Positions 35,097 to 45,088 of a stretch of 64,000 nt of DNA are shown here, piece by piece. The stretch is taken from positions 1 through 64,000 of IMG/VR virus record IMGVR_UViG_3300018080_000129, one strand, 5' to 3'. Position 1 is the first letter of the stretch; every line of letters begins with the position of its first letter. Under the pieces are notes generated by a model that was not told the DNA's origin, did not search any database, and saw nothing but the letters and a program-made list of their open reading frames with translations. This DNA is from a virus. Made by a program: the position numbers and the translations under genes.

Positions 35097-37769
35097 TTAT
35101 ACCTCGTAGCACACAGCAACCGTCGAACCAAGCAGACCGTGGACGGTCAGGGTATCCGCGCCGTTATCCACCTTGCCAAGCAGCATGAGGGTAAACGGCA
35201 GCGTTCCCATCTCGTTGGCATTCTTGTACTGTCCTGAACGCCAACGGGTCGCCAGAGACGTGCTTTCGGAAACGGTTGTGCCCGGAATGTCCTCGGCACT
35301 CGTAACCGTAGCAGAACCGCCCGTGACGACCATCCACTTCGACTCGCCGGTATTCGCGTCCATCTGCCCGTCCCAACCCAAGTCAAGCTCGACATCCTTG
35401 ACCGTCTTGGTGTTGGGTTCAGGCGCATTGACGACCAAAGAGGCCAGAATCGCAGCGTCCACATAGCTCGTTTCCTGAGTCTGGAGCGCACTGGTCTGCG
35501 TGTAATCGTTGGCACCGTCAATGAGGTTGGCAGTCGCATTCGTCCAGATGTAGGCGGTGAATTCACCCTTCTGGAGCGAAGTGGCCTGCAAGGTAGCCAG
35601 CGAATCAATCTTGCTGTCCGTGGTGCTGTGGGCCGTCGATACATCTGTCCCACCGAAACCACTATCCACCTTGCTGACGACCGTGGAGACCTGAGTCCCA
35701 ACGGAGCCGATTTGCGTTCCGAGGGAGTCAGCCTGCGACCCAACACTCTGAACCTCGGCCTCTACGCTGTCAACCTTGCTGTCAACTGTGGAAATCGCAC
35801 TGCTCTGAACGATGATGCGGGAATCGACCGTCGAAACCTGCGTCCCGACCGACCCAACATCCGTTCCGACCGAATCCACAGCCGTTCCAACGGAGTCCAC
35901 TGCGGAGTCCGTTGTACTGTGAGCCGTCGAAATTTGGGTTCCAAGGGAGTCAGCCTGCGACCCAACACTCTGAACCTCGGCTTCCACGCTATCGACCTTG
36001 CTGTCAACCGTCGATACTTGGATGCCCACCGAAGTGACCATCGACTGCGTGGTCGATTCTCCACCACCACCAGCACCCAACGAATCAATCTTGCTGTTAG
36101 TGATAGACAGGTCGGTTCCAGCAAAGCCACTATCGACCTTACTCGTGACGGTCGAAATCGCAGTGCTCTGGACGATGATTCGAGAGTCAACCGTCGAGAC
36201 TTGCGTCCCAACACTCTGAACCTCGGCTTCAACACTGTCAACCTTGCTATCAACCGTGGAGACCTGAACACCCACAGACGCCAATGCGGAGTCCGTCGTG
36301 CTGTGAGCCGTCGAAATCTGAGTCCCAAGGGAGTCAGCCTGCGACCCAACACTCTGAACTTCAGCTTCCACGCTGTCAATCTTGCTGTCCACCGTGGAAA
36401 TCGCACTGCTCTGGACAATGATACGCGAATCGACAGTCGAAACCTGCGTCCCAACGGAAGTAACCTGCGTTCCGACCGACGAAACCTGCGTCCCGACCGA
36501 CGAAACCTGCGTACCAACACTGTCCACTGCCGAGGAAATATCAGGGTCGGTGTCCACGACTTCGGTGTACCTGCTCTGGTAAACCGTCGAGCCGGTAAGG
36601 TCGTAGTCAACAATAACCTGATAAGCCTCAAGCGACTGACCCGTGGCAACTGTCCAGTCCCTGTAGTACCGACCTTGGTCGTTCCGAGTCATCAAACCAC
36701 GAGCAAGCTCGACTGCCCCTGCCTCGTCCAAAATCTGCAAGTATGCCTGATTCGAGTCGGGGTCTTTCATCAGGCCTTCGGCATCGTAGATGTATGTCCA
36801 AATCCTGATGGTGCGGGCAGCAGCCTCATCGCGAACAATGACTGCCGGAACAATGACCTTAGCCAAAACATTGTTATCCAACGCATCGACCATGCCAGTC
36901 AACGTGCTGATAGCCGAGCTTTGGACAACCACGCGGGAATCGACCGTCGAAACCTGCGTTCCTACAGAACCGACCTGCGTTCCAACAGAGCCGACACCCG
37001 TTCCAACCGAATCCACCTTGCTGTCATCGGTCGAAACCTGCGTCCCAACGGAAGTAACTTGCGTTCCAACGGAACCGACTTGCGTCCCAACGGAAGTAAC
37101 CTGCGTCCCAACGGAAGTAACCTGCGTCCCAACGGAAGTAACCTGCGTCCCAACACTCTGAACCTCAACCTGAACGCTGTCCACCTTGCTGTCAACTGTG
37201 GAGACCTGCAAACCAACACTATCGACCTTGGACTGCGTGGTCGATTCTCCACCGCCTCCAGAACCCAACGAATCAATCTTGCTGTTGGTGACAGACAGGT
37301 CAGTTCCAGCAAAACCACTATCCACCTTGCTGGTGACTGTCGAAATTGCACTGCTCTGGACGATGATTCGAGAGTCAACCGTCGAAACTTGTGTCCCGAC
37401 ACTCTGCACTTCCGCTTCAACACTGTCTACTTTGCTATCGACGGTAGAAACCTGTGTCCCCACAGATGCTACAGCGGAATCCGTCGTACTGTGAGCCGTC
37501 GAGACTTGAGTCCCAAGCGAATCAGCTTGCGACCCGACACTCTGCACTTCCGCTTCTACGCTATCGACCTTGCTATCCACCGTCGAAATAGCAGAAGACT
37601 GGACAATGATACGTGAGTCTATGCCTGACTCAAGCGCACCAAGACTGTCCACTTTGCTTGTGACGGTCGATATTGCGGTCGATTGCACAATGACACGAGA
37701 ATCAACCGTGGAGACTTGTACTCCAACGCTATCAACCCGTGACCCAATCAACCTTTCTCTGAAACTCAT
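35097..37769 (-). CDS. Ser/Thr/Val-rich heptad-repeat fibre protein
   Basis: Dozens of SVGTQV(S/T) and TVDSKVD heptads flanking one globular insert, plus a C-terminal domain. Confidence 0.8.
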   Translation of the reverse strand: MSFRERLIGSRVDSVGVQVSTVDSRVIVQSTAISTVTSKVDSLGALESGIDSRIIVQSSAISTVDSKVDSVEAEVQSVGSQADSLGTQVSTAHSTTDSAVASVGTQVSTVDSKVDSVEAEVQSVGTQVSTVDSRIIVQSSAISTVTSKVDSGFAGTDLSVTNSKIDSLGSGGGGESTTQSKVDSVGLQVSTVDSKVDSVQVEVQSVGTQVTSVGTQVTSVGTQVTSVGTQVGSVGTQVTSVGTQVSTDDSKVDSVGTGVGSVGTQVGSVGTQVSTVDSRVVVQSSAISTLTGMVDALDNNVLAKVIVPAVIVRDEAAARTIRIWTYIYDAEGLMKDPDSNQAYLQILDEAGAVELARGLMTRNDQGRYYRDWTVATGQSLEAYQVIVDYDLTGSTVYQSRYTEVVDTDPDISSAVDSVGTQVSSVGTQVSSVGTQVTSVGTQVSTVDSRIIVQSSAISTVDSKIDSVEAEVQSVGSQADSLGTQISTAHSTTDSALASVGVQVSTVDSKVDSVEAEVQSVGTQVSTVDSRIIVQSTAISTVTSKVDSGFAGTDLSITNSKIDSLGAGGGGESTTQSMVTSVGIQVSTVDSKVDSVEAEVQSVGSQADSLGTQISTAHSTTDSAVDSVGTAVDSVGTDVGSVGTQVSTVDSRIIVQSSAISTVDSKVDSVEAEVQSVGSQADSLGTQIGSVGTQVSTVVSKVDSGFGGTDVSTAHSTTDSKIDSLATLQATSLQKGEFTAYIWTNATANLIDGANDYTQTSALQTQETSYVDAAILASLVVNAPEPNTKTVKDVELDLGWDGQMDANTGESKWMVVTGGSATVTSAEDIPGTTVSESTSLATRWRSGQYKNANEMGTLPFTLMLLGKVDNGADTLTVHGLLGSTVAVCYEV

Positions 37770-37791
37770 TGCTTAGACCCTCCTTGCTTCT

Positions 37792-38763
37792 TTAATTGGT
37801 CACTAAAAGTTGTTTGAGAATGAAATCACCTGTATGCGTATCAGAACCATTCGTTCCCAATCGGGATAGCCTGCACTCCACTTCGACTGTGTTTGCCGTA
37901 ACGTTGCCTGCGGGAATCGAAATGGTAGTAAGCGCGGTTAAGTTGCTGTCATTTGGGGTAGCTGTAATGTAAGTGCTTCCATAGACCGTTCCTCCATTAT
38001 AAGCCTCTCCCTTGTCATGCACCGTGTAATCCAGTCTTAAAACGACATTTTTGCTCGACTCTGCCGTGGACATGAAGTAAATGAGAACCATTGTAGCACC
38101 ATTGGCGTCAATGTTTCCCAATTGCGAAGCCAACTTGAAAATGACATCCATATCATCGCCATGTATGAATGATGCCGCATCCTGAAAATCATAGTTGTCC
38201 GCATCAGCCCGATAGGGTGAATTGTTCCCGTCGTAATAATCCAAGTCACGGTTGAGGCTAATTCCTGTGCCACCCCCCGTGACCAAAGCCCATGCCGTTC
38301 CTGTATCGACAAAGAACTGTGCCGTGTCCGTCGCGTAAAAAAGTGCTCCCTGATTTCCAAAAGCAGGACGGTTCGCCAGAATGTCCACCGTGCAACCACC
38401 ACTGGCCGCAGCCGCCTCTAACGCCTCCTTGACCGTCAAACCCGCTACCGATGAATCATTGTTGACATCACTGGCATCCAACTGGTAATCGCCGCCAATG
38501 ATGTCATCCGTCTCAGGGATATTCCGAACAAACTGAAGCTGAGAATGCGGAAGAAGTACAACCCTCTCGAACCAAGCCGTGATGTCTTGGCCTTCATAAT
38601 TGTAACTCGTCAACCGCAAATTGTACTTATTGTCCGTCGAAGGAAAATTCTTCAGCGTGATTTCAGCGCGTTCTCCCGAAATGAACACGTCCGTGTTCAC
38701 CGGAATGTATCGCTTCAACGGTTCGCAAAAGAAACGGGAAATGCACTTGTATTGTCTTTTCAT
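37792..38763 (-). CDS. virion structural protein sharing a module with the 910-aa fibre
   Basis: LANRPAFG..GALFYATDT.QFFVD.G..W. Confidence 0.7.
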   Translation of the reverse strand: MKRQYKCISRFFCEPLKRYIPVNTDVFISGERAEITLKNFPSTDNKYNLRLTSYNYEGQDITAWFERVVLLPHSQLQFVRNIPETDDIIGGDYQLDASDVNNDSSVAGLTVKEALEAAAASGGCTVDILANRPAFGNQGALFYATDTAQFFVDTGTAWALVTGGGTGISLNRDLDYYDGNNSPYRADADNYDFQDAASFIHGDDMDVIFKLASQLGNIDANGATMVLIYFMSTAESSKNVVLRLDYTVHDKGEAYNGGTVYGSTYITATPNDSNLTALTTISIPAGNVTANTVEVECRLSRLGTNGSDTHTGDFILKQLLVTN

Positions 38764-38806
38764 TGCGAATCTCCGTTGGTTACTGCAATTAAGAAGAGAT
38801 TCTCAA

Positions 38807-39946
38807 TCATAATTTCGATGCCACCCTGTTGACTGCCGCTCTCAATTTTCGCTGCAAATCCTTGGCATCCGTGAAAGTGAACTCAGCATCCGCTACCACG
38901 ATGCTTTTACTCATTCGATGATAAGGCGCATCGAAATTGAAATAGGCAAAAACGTACATCTCATTCTTGCCTTTTCCTGGGCCGCGTTCAGGGCCATCGT
39001 AGAAAGCACTGACACCATACATAATGCTGTCATCTTCGAACCAAGCCGTCTCGACGTTATCATATTCGCTCGTCAAACCCGCTTCCTCGGCTTCATTGTA
39101 GCCCACATGTTTGACATCCTTGAACTGCTCAGGGAAATCCTGCTTCATCTGCTTGGAGATTTCCTCATAATTGTAATCCACAATGCGGTCATATTCCCTT
39201 TTGGCTTTCGGTGGCAAACTATCGCCATAACCGCTGCCTTCAAGGTATCGGACATCCGTGAAAGCCTGAATCATCCAGCCGCCATCGTGATAAGGAATGA
39301 AACCGCTTCGAGCCTTGCTTTCAATCTCCTCTATTTCCGTTTTCCAAGGCTCGTATTCCTCAACCTTATGCTCGATACTCTGAATCGCCTTCTCAATGAT
39401 GTCGGAGTATTCCTTCTCATAGGCATCCTCATTGAAGCTCATAAAGCTCCGAGCGACTCTTCGAGCAATCCTTGATTCGTCCATTGCCGCTTTCCCTTTC
39501 TTCGGAACCACTGCCAGCGTTATATGAAAATCGTGGTCTCCGTGTACCAAAGGCGTCAATCCGTACTTCTTTCTCAACGCCTCAAGCTCTGGACTCTTAC
39601 ACTGGACAAATACGACCTTTTCCATCTCGTCCCAACCTTCAGGGTCGCAAGACTCGATGTTGCCCAATGTGAACCCGAATTCCTGACCATCTTCCTCAAT
39701 GTTCTCCTTGCCTACCTCTTCAAGCTCCTCGTCCGTCATCACTGAAATATGAGGAGCATCGTCCGGCTTCTGCATCCCATCTTCCTGAATCGCCTTGTAA
39801 ATCGGCTCTACAAAGCCCTCAGGAACCTCCAGAATGGCATACGAACCACCCTTCTGGTTGCAGGTGAACTTCCCTTTCATAGGAATATTCTTATGTTCTA
39901 TAATAGTATCGCCAGCTAAGCGTAGGGCAAGCTCATTGACGTTCAT
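38807..39946 (-). CDS. 2H-phosphoesterase domain protein (Acb1-like?) with a C-terminal domain of unknown function
   Basis: Two HxS/T motifs, PHISV and FHITL, about 75 aa apart. Confidence 0.7.
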   Translation of the reverse strand: MNVNELALRLAGDTIIEHKNIPMKGKFTCNQKGGSYAILEVPEGFVEPIYKAIQEDGMQKPDDAPHISVMTDEELEEVGKENIEEDGQEFGFTLGNIESCDPEGWDEMEKVVFVQCKSPELEALRKKYGLTPLVHGDHDFHITLAVVPKKGKAAMDESRIARRVARSFMSFNEDAYEKEYSDIIEKAIQSIEHKVEEYEPWKTEIEEIESKARSGFIPYHDGGWMIQAFTDVRYLEGSGYGDSLPPKAKREYDRIVDYNYEEISKQMKQDFPEQFKDVKHVGYNEAEEAGLTSEYDNVETAWFEDDSIMYGVSAFYDGPERGPGKGKNEMYVFAYFNFDAPYHRMSKSIVVADAEFTFTDAKDLQRKLRAAVNRVASKL

Positions 39947-40401
39947 TTCCGTCTCTCAGCATTTTCCTGAACAATGCCAATATAATCCTCAATCAGTTCT
40001 TCCATATCCTTAGCAATGACCTTGGAAGTCCTGTCGGGATTCTTCATCAGCATCTTCTCGTGATAAGTATGGTCGCCATGACCCGCCGTCGAAACGGAAA
40101 GGAAATACTCACCATCGTCATCCGTAATGTAGCCACCGGACGCCCGAAGCACTAACGGAATCGTCCCGCCGCCACCATAAGGATTTGGAATGTCCAAAAT
40201 GAACTCGACAACACCCGTGTTCTTATCCACGCTGCCTCTGCCTCTCAATTTGGCAGGCTTGAACTTTCTGACAGCAGCAGCCAAGTCTTTGCGAAAATGA
40301 GGCAAAATTTCCTTAACAAAGTAATCAGCCGTGCTCCCTGCCTCCACCTTGGCAAGAAGAACACTGGCCGCTACCCGACGAGCTATTTTTGCTTCGTTCA
40401 T
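39943..40401 (-). CDS. hypothetical protein with the NEAKIARRVA motif
   Basis: Translationally coupled ORF. Confidence 0.65.
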   Translation of the reverse strand: MNEAKIARRVAASVLLAKVEAGSTADYFVKEILPHFRKDLAAAVRKFKPAKLRGRGSVDKNTGVVEFILDIPNPYGGGGTIPLVLRASGGYITDDDGEYFLSVSTAGHGDHTYHEKMLMKNPDRTSKVIAKDMEELIEDYIGIVQENAERRK

Positions 40402-40781
40402 TAGATGACTCCCATTACCAACATCCATGAAGGTGAACCATCAGGGCCAAAACCATCCGGCTCCGTCCTCTTGCCGGTAATCGTTTTTGCAATAGCATCG
40501 TTCGACCACTTCTCCATCGTGCGAACCGACGGCGGTTTCGTAAACCCGCGAAGCTTCTTGTAAGCTCCCGACGGATTCAATGAAAGCGTCCTGCCCAATC
40601 CTTCAATGTCCAAAGTCAAAAAGTAAGGATACTTCTCGGAAAAGTCAACCTGTACCCTCGCACCTTTCGGAATCACCGTGCCGTCCTTCAAAGTGCTTTC
40701 CTTGATGGTCGTGGTGCTCTTCCTCGCCAAAAGCCGCTTAGCCCAAACGGAAACGCACTTGGCTATTCTGGCTTCGTTCAC
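40401..40781 (-). CDS. hypothetical protein with the NEARIAK motif
   Basis: GTG start in a GTGA overlap; C-terminal EPDG...GSPSW. Confidence 0.65.
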   Translation of the reverse strand: MNEARIAKCVSVWAKRLLARKSTTTIKESTLKDGTVIPKGARVQVDFSEKYPYFLTLDIEGLGRTLSLNPSGAYKKLRGFTKPPSVRTMEKWSNDAIAKTITGKRTEPDGFGPDGSPSWMLVMGVI

Positions 40782-41323
40782 TCGTACTCCCCCTTCTGTT
40801 GCTGCTGCTCTGCCCACTCGTAAAAATCTCCCCATGTCGTGAACAGAAACTTCTCATTCGCCGTGTCGTAAACAATCGTGGCATCATACGTGTCGCCCAT
40901 GTTCACAAAAGTGCCCACGGCGTCCTGCCAGAACCTGTCAACATAAGCACCCTCAAGCGTGATTGCCTCGACACCAAAACCGCCAATCAACTTGTCAATC
41001 TCGTGCATAATTCTCTCGGCCCGATTGCGACTGGCCCGACGAGACATCAACTTGAAAACCTGCTTGGCAACATCTTCATCAATTTGAAACTCGCGCATCA
41101 TCTCTTTGATGCTGACACGAGCGAAAACCACCTTCGCCCAAAGCTCGACGTTCGCAACTATGTCTCTCATGTTCTTCTTCTCTCTTTTCCGCATGGGACA
41201 CAAGCCAAGCTTCGTACAAAAATCACCAAGATAATGCCGTCTCCTTTTCGGAACTTTCGTCCCCGTCCCCGGCGTGGGAACTGGAATCACAGCAGTTGGA
41301 GCGGCTTCATCTTGAGCTTTCAT
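40778..41323 (-). CDS. hypothetical protein (GVEAI...NMGDTYDATI motif)
   Basis: ORF after a promoter motif. Confidence 0.65.
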   Translation of the reverse strand: MKAQDEAAPTAVIPVPTPGTGTKVPKRRRHYLGDFCTKLGLCPMRKREKKNMRDIVANVELWAKVVFARVSIKEMMREFQIDEDVAKQVFKLMSRRASRNRAERIMHEIDKLIGGFGVEAITLEGAYVDRFWQDAVGTFVNMGDTYDATIVYDTANEKFLFTTWGDFYEWAEQQQQKGEYE

Positions 41324-41368
41324 TTTCAGACACTTTTAGCCACAAAATTACAGTACAATCCATCTACA

Positions 41369-41398
41369 CTATAAAGAGAATATAAAAGAATTGTGAAT
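41369..41398 (-). promoter_or_regulatory. repeated AT-rich (late-type) promoter motif
   Basis: ACAATTCTTTTATATT-N-TTATAG. Confidence 0.6.
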
Positions 41399-41418
41399 GC
41401 AAGGAAGGAAAGAAAATG

Positions 41419-43419
41419 CTACTTCCGAAAGACGTGAATCGGCTCGTGTTTGAAAGACTTTGAGTAAGGAGATGAAAGTTTCATAAGATGAGTACAAAAA
41501 AGCTGTAAACCTATACCTTTAATGTATTTAAGGAGGTCATCAGAGATTGGATAATGCTTTTTGTCTATTCTGATGTTTGCCACGTTGAGAACCAGATAAG
41601 CACCCTTCCTGAGCAGGTCAAAAGATTTTCTTACCAGCACGAAAAAGAACTTCTCCAACCATTCTTCGTAAGTCTCATATCGCACATCACTGAGCTTCTC
41701 ATCCGTGCCATAAATCTCTTTGCAAAAATACGGAGGAGAAGTAAATACGAGGTCAAATTCCTGCTCCTTTTTCCAGTCTTCAAAGGAGGCATAGACTATC
41801 TTTGCATCTTTCCCTTCGATGTCCCTGCTTAGGATATTCCTCATGTGCTTCAGACCAGCAACAGTATCCGCGTTGGCATCTATACCTACATACGATTTGG
41901 CTTTCTCTGATACAAAGAAGCCAAGCAATCTTCCTCCATAACCACTGCAAGGGTCAAGCACACTGCCGCCATCCGTACAATAAGTATCATAGACTGCCTT
42001 CGCAATTGCAGGACGAAAGGTATGAACTCCCCCACAAATTTGGAGTTCCGCTCTCAAGGCAGCATCCGAAACCGATTGTCTATATTTGATGCAATCTTTG
42101 ATGATGTGTTTCAATCTATTACGATTTCGAAAGACCTGATATGGACTCTGCCCACCCTTCCTCCTTGCCTTCCAAAACTCCGAAAAGTTCGAAACACAGT
42201 AACTGCTTCCCTGCGTATGACCGACTGGCACTTCATCCTCCAGTTTCAGAACTGAACTCTTCAAGGCTCCTATTTCCTTCAATCGTTTCTTTTTCTTGTA
42301 GACAGGATATGGAAAACCCGCTATCTGCCAGTAATCCACAAGGTCATCAATCTGTTTCTCCTTTTCTTCTTCACTCAAAAGAACATGCCTGCTAACGCTA
42401 AAATCCTTCAACACTGTAGCCAATGCCGGTCGAGAAAAGTGAGGAAGCCCAAAACGCAAGCTCAATGGAATTTTGTATGACATGGAAGGATGAACATGTT
42501 TTCCGATAACGGAAAAAAATCTGTCTTTGTTGTGAATCCAGAGAATCGTTATGTTATCTTCTGGTCTTGGACGACATTCAATATCCAGAGAGAAACGCTC
42601 GTTTAGCACATCGGCAATGGCTTCATAATCAGTAAAACATGTAGCCAACGTGAAAACTCCATCCAATGTTGCGTCAGCAAGATGTCCATCGTCCATATAC
42701 CAGACAGCCAAAGAAAGAGGAGTAAGTGTTTCTATCAAGCCTTCCGGTAGTTTCTTTTTGCCATCAGAGTAAAAGGAATGATAGAGTGCTACAAAGACAG
42801 GATGAAAATGGCAACGCAGAGACACACCCTTGGCTACTCGACCATCCTTCAAAATCTTTCCTTCTCTGCCAATCTTTCTTGAGAAAGGATGAAGAACCGA
42901 CTGTTTCCAGCAAAGATACTCTCTTTGCTCCGTAGAATGCGATTCTGAATATCGAGCGGAATCACCTGCCTTGTTCAAAGAAATGCACCCATCTCCCAAA
43001 AGAGAACCCATCAAAACTTCTTTCTGCGCCTGCGTCAGTTCAGAAGGCAGTGATGACCGTTGTCTTGAAGCTTTGCTTATTGGAGCAATTCCAAAATCCT
43101 GTCTCATTCGCCTAATCAGTATTTTACTGCATCCGAACAACTTCGCAAGTTTTCTTTCTCCATCCTTTCGATAAAGCTCCCCAAATTCCTCTGCTGACAC
43201 TTCTCTGATGTCTCTTAAACCCTTCAGCTTTGCTCGTCCTGCAACTCTATCCACAGACTTCATCGTCTGGATACCATACTTCTTCCTGAAATAAGCTACG
43301 CCCTCGCCAGTCAAGCCAAATCTCTTGCCAATCTCGCTGTCACTGAGGAAAAGCTCCAGATAGAGATGCCGAATGGTCTCTTCGTCCAGTCCATGTTCCT
43401 TGTGCGTCAACCTGCCCAT
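41419..43419 (-). CDS. fusion of HTH, LAGLIDADG endonuclease and SPPY DNA methyltransferase domains
   Basis: LMGSLLGDGCI and LAVWYMDDG; FRPAIAK, VLDPCSGYGGRL, FTSPPYF..EIY. Confidence 0.85.
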   Translation of the reverse strand: MGRLTHKEHGLDEETIRHLYLELFLSDSEIGKRFGLTGEGVAYFRKKYGIQTMKSVDRVAGRAKLKGLRDIREVSAEEFGELYRKDGERKLAKLFGCSKILIRRMRQDFGIAPISKASRQRSSLPSELTQAQKEVLMGSLLGDGCISLNKAGDSARYSESHSTEQREYLCWKQSVLHPFSRKIGREGKILKDGRVAKGVSLRCHFHPVFVALYHSFYSDGKKKLPEGLIETLTPLSLAVWYMDDGHLADATLDGVFTLATCFTDYEAIADVLNERFSLDIECRPRPEDNITILWIHNKDRFFSVIGKHVHPSMSYKIPLSLRFGLPHFSRPALATVLKDFSVSRHVLLSEEEKEKQIDDLVDYWQIAGFPYPVYKKKKRLKEIGALKSSVLKLEDEVPVGHTQGSSYCVSNFSEFWKARRKGGQSPYQVFRNRNRLKHIIKDCIKYRQSVSDAALRAELQICGGVHTFRPAIAKAVYDTYCTDGGSVLDPCSGYGGRLLGFFVSEKAKSYVGIDANADTVAGLKHMRNILSRDIEGKDAKIVYASFEDWKKEQEFDLVFTSPPYFCKEIYGTDEKLSDVRYETYEEWLEKFFFVLVRKSFDLLRKGAYLVLNVANIRIDKKHYPISDDLLKYIKGIGLQLFCTHLMKLSSPYSKSFKHEPIHVFRK

Positions 43420-43452
43420 AATTGACCTTTCCTGAATATGTTACGCTATCAT

Positions 43453-43481
43453 ATTATACTCTGAAACCATAGAAAAGTCAA
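43453..43481 (-). promoter_or_regulatory. sigma70 promoter TTGACT-N17-TATAAT
   Basis: Near-consensus promoter upstream of the fusion gene. Confidence 0.85.
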
Positions 43482-43539
43482 GTGGTTTTTCTACAAAAAA
43501 CCAAAAATAGTATTTACCCAAAGAACTGACAAGTTAGAC

Positions 43540-43577
43540 AAAAAAAGAACTCCCCAAGATTTCTCTTGAGGAGTTCT
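43540..43577 (-). terminator. intrinsic terminator after the major capsid gene
   Basis: AGAACTCCTCAAGA-GAAA-TCTTGGGGAGTTCT followed by a U tract. Confidence 0.88.
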
Positions 43578-43632
43578 AAACTGACGTGAGCTTCTGCTCT
43601 ACAAAGCTTAGTTATTACTCGTCATAAGTATC

Positions 43633-44487
43633 TTATACGCGAGTAATTACAAGTCTCTGAAGAGCGTATGGGTTGTACGCCCCAATCCCAAGATTCTCAA
43701 AGATTGAGAACCCGATGAGACGGTTTTTCGGGTCATCCGCAGACAGAACCGTAAGCTCGGTTCTGACAGGAATGCGTCCGAAGAATTCCGGCTCACCGCA
43801 GACGTACACGGTTCCCTCAGTGACGATACGCGAAACAATGAGCTTCGCGCCCCACAGAGTTGCCATCAAGCCAGTTTTCAGCAAGCTGGCCTGCGTCTCG
43901 ATGTCCAAGGTATCTCTGTCCCACTTACGCAGGTCAGCATAGTCCTTGGCATTCATAAAGACGTTGGCGACTCTCATGTCAGTGCGCTCGACGTTCGCGA
44001 AAGCGTCGGCCAGCGCATTGGCCGTGAGGTTGCCCGTTACCGGAATGTCGGGATTCGGGTTAGTGGGGTCAGCCGCCAGTGCATCCATGACGGCAAAAAC
44101 CTTGCGGTCTTCTTCAGCCTGAATTTCGCTCTTAGCAAGGTCAACGCTTCTCTCGATGAGGTCGAACCGACGAGCCTTGATTTCCGTCAACTGGATTTCA
44201 GGGTTCGAGGCAACTTCAAAGAGCGGGAACAGAACTCTCTTTGGCTTTGCGACTGCGACAATGTTTTCACCCTCTTCACCGACCACATAGGCCGTGATGT
44301 TCGGGTCTTTGTCGTAAATCGGCAGTGCGCCATCGGGAAGCTGTTCGACGTAGAACGCTTTGCGTCCTACGGAAGTGTAGTCCCTGCGCCGACGCAAAGG
44401 CTGAATCATGGAGGCCGCAAGACGCTGCCTACCAGCGGCAGTCTTGATGAACTGACTGATAATCTCCTGCTTCGTCTGATTATCCAT
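43633..44487 (-). CDS. major capsid protein (HK97-like fold)
   Basis: Position after scaffold and decoration genes, strong RBS and terminator, motifs IQAEEDRKVF, VFMNAKDYADL, LWGAKLIVSRIV. Confidence 0.82.
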   Translation of the reverse strand: MDNQTKQEIISQFIKTAAGRQRLAASMIQPLRRRRDYTSVGRKAFYVEQLPDGALPIYDKDPNITAYVVGEEGENIVAVAKPKRVLFPLFEVASNPEIQLTEIKARRFDLIERSVDLAKSEIQAEEDRKVFAVMDALAADPTNPNPDIPVTGNLTANALADAFANVERTDMRVANVFMNAKDYADLRKWDRDTLDIETQASLLKTGLMATLWGAKLIVSRIVTEGTVYVCGEPEFFGRIPVRTELTVLSADDPKNRLIGFSIFENLGIGAYNPYALQRLVITRV

Positions 44488-44558
44488 TACTCTTTACCTC
44501 CTTTTTCCAGTTTGCATCTTCTTTCTTCTGTTTCACTGCATTCTTACACACACCTGAC

Positions 44559-45053
44559 TTAGATGCGCATATCCAATCCGAGGGTCGGCGACGTAACGGT
44601 CGGAGCCTTCGTGCAGATACCGATAACGACTTGGCTGGTGCTCACTTCGTTCGTCAGGAAGCCCTGAGCGGACGAGTAGAGTTTCTCACCGACTGCATAG
44701 GTGAGGTCGCCGCTATCATCGTTTTTACGGGTTTCGTACACATCGACTTCAACAGACGCATGCGCCTTCATCACAGTCACCTTGCCAGAAACCACGGCGG
44801 GAGCATTTTCAAAAGCGGCTCCAGCGGCATCATTAACAAAGAGACCGACCGGCATGAGAGTCATGTTACACGGCACGACGGTGTAGTCGTTTCCAGCCGA
44901 CACAGCCGCCACAGAGCCGCCCAACACGCCTCTCGGAGTGTTGACACTCAACGTCGTATTCGTATTGACGCCATAGTTTGCTTTGGTGTAGCAGACATCG
45001 GCCAATACCGGAATCGCGTTGAGATGTCCACGAATAAGAATCGTTAGAGCCAT
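44559..45053 (-). CDS. head decoration/capsid auxiliary protein
   Basis: Directly upstream of the capsid gene; PVGLF, SGKVTV, GEKLYSSAQGFLT. Confidence 0.65.
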   Translation of the reverse strand: MALTILIRGHLNAIPVLADVCYTKANYGVNTNTTLSVNTPRGVLGGSVAAVSAGNDYTVVPCNMTLMPVGLFVNDAAGAAFENAPAVVSGKVTVMKAHASVEVDVYETRKNDDSGDLTYAVGEKLYSSAQGFLTNEVSTSQVVIGICTKAPTVTSPTLGLDMRI

Positions 45054-45088
45054 CTCAAAACCTCCTTTGTTCGAGAAAACCGTTCACC

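Noticed and set aside
36940-37160. 21-bp tandem repeats as a possible CRISPR array
   Set aside because: No unique spacers and no cas genes; they encode SVGTQVT heptads
35628-37616. 662-aa plus-strand ORF and other frames over the heptad gene
   Set aside because: Stop-free shadows of the repetitive fibre gene
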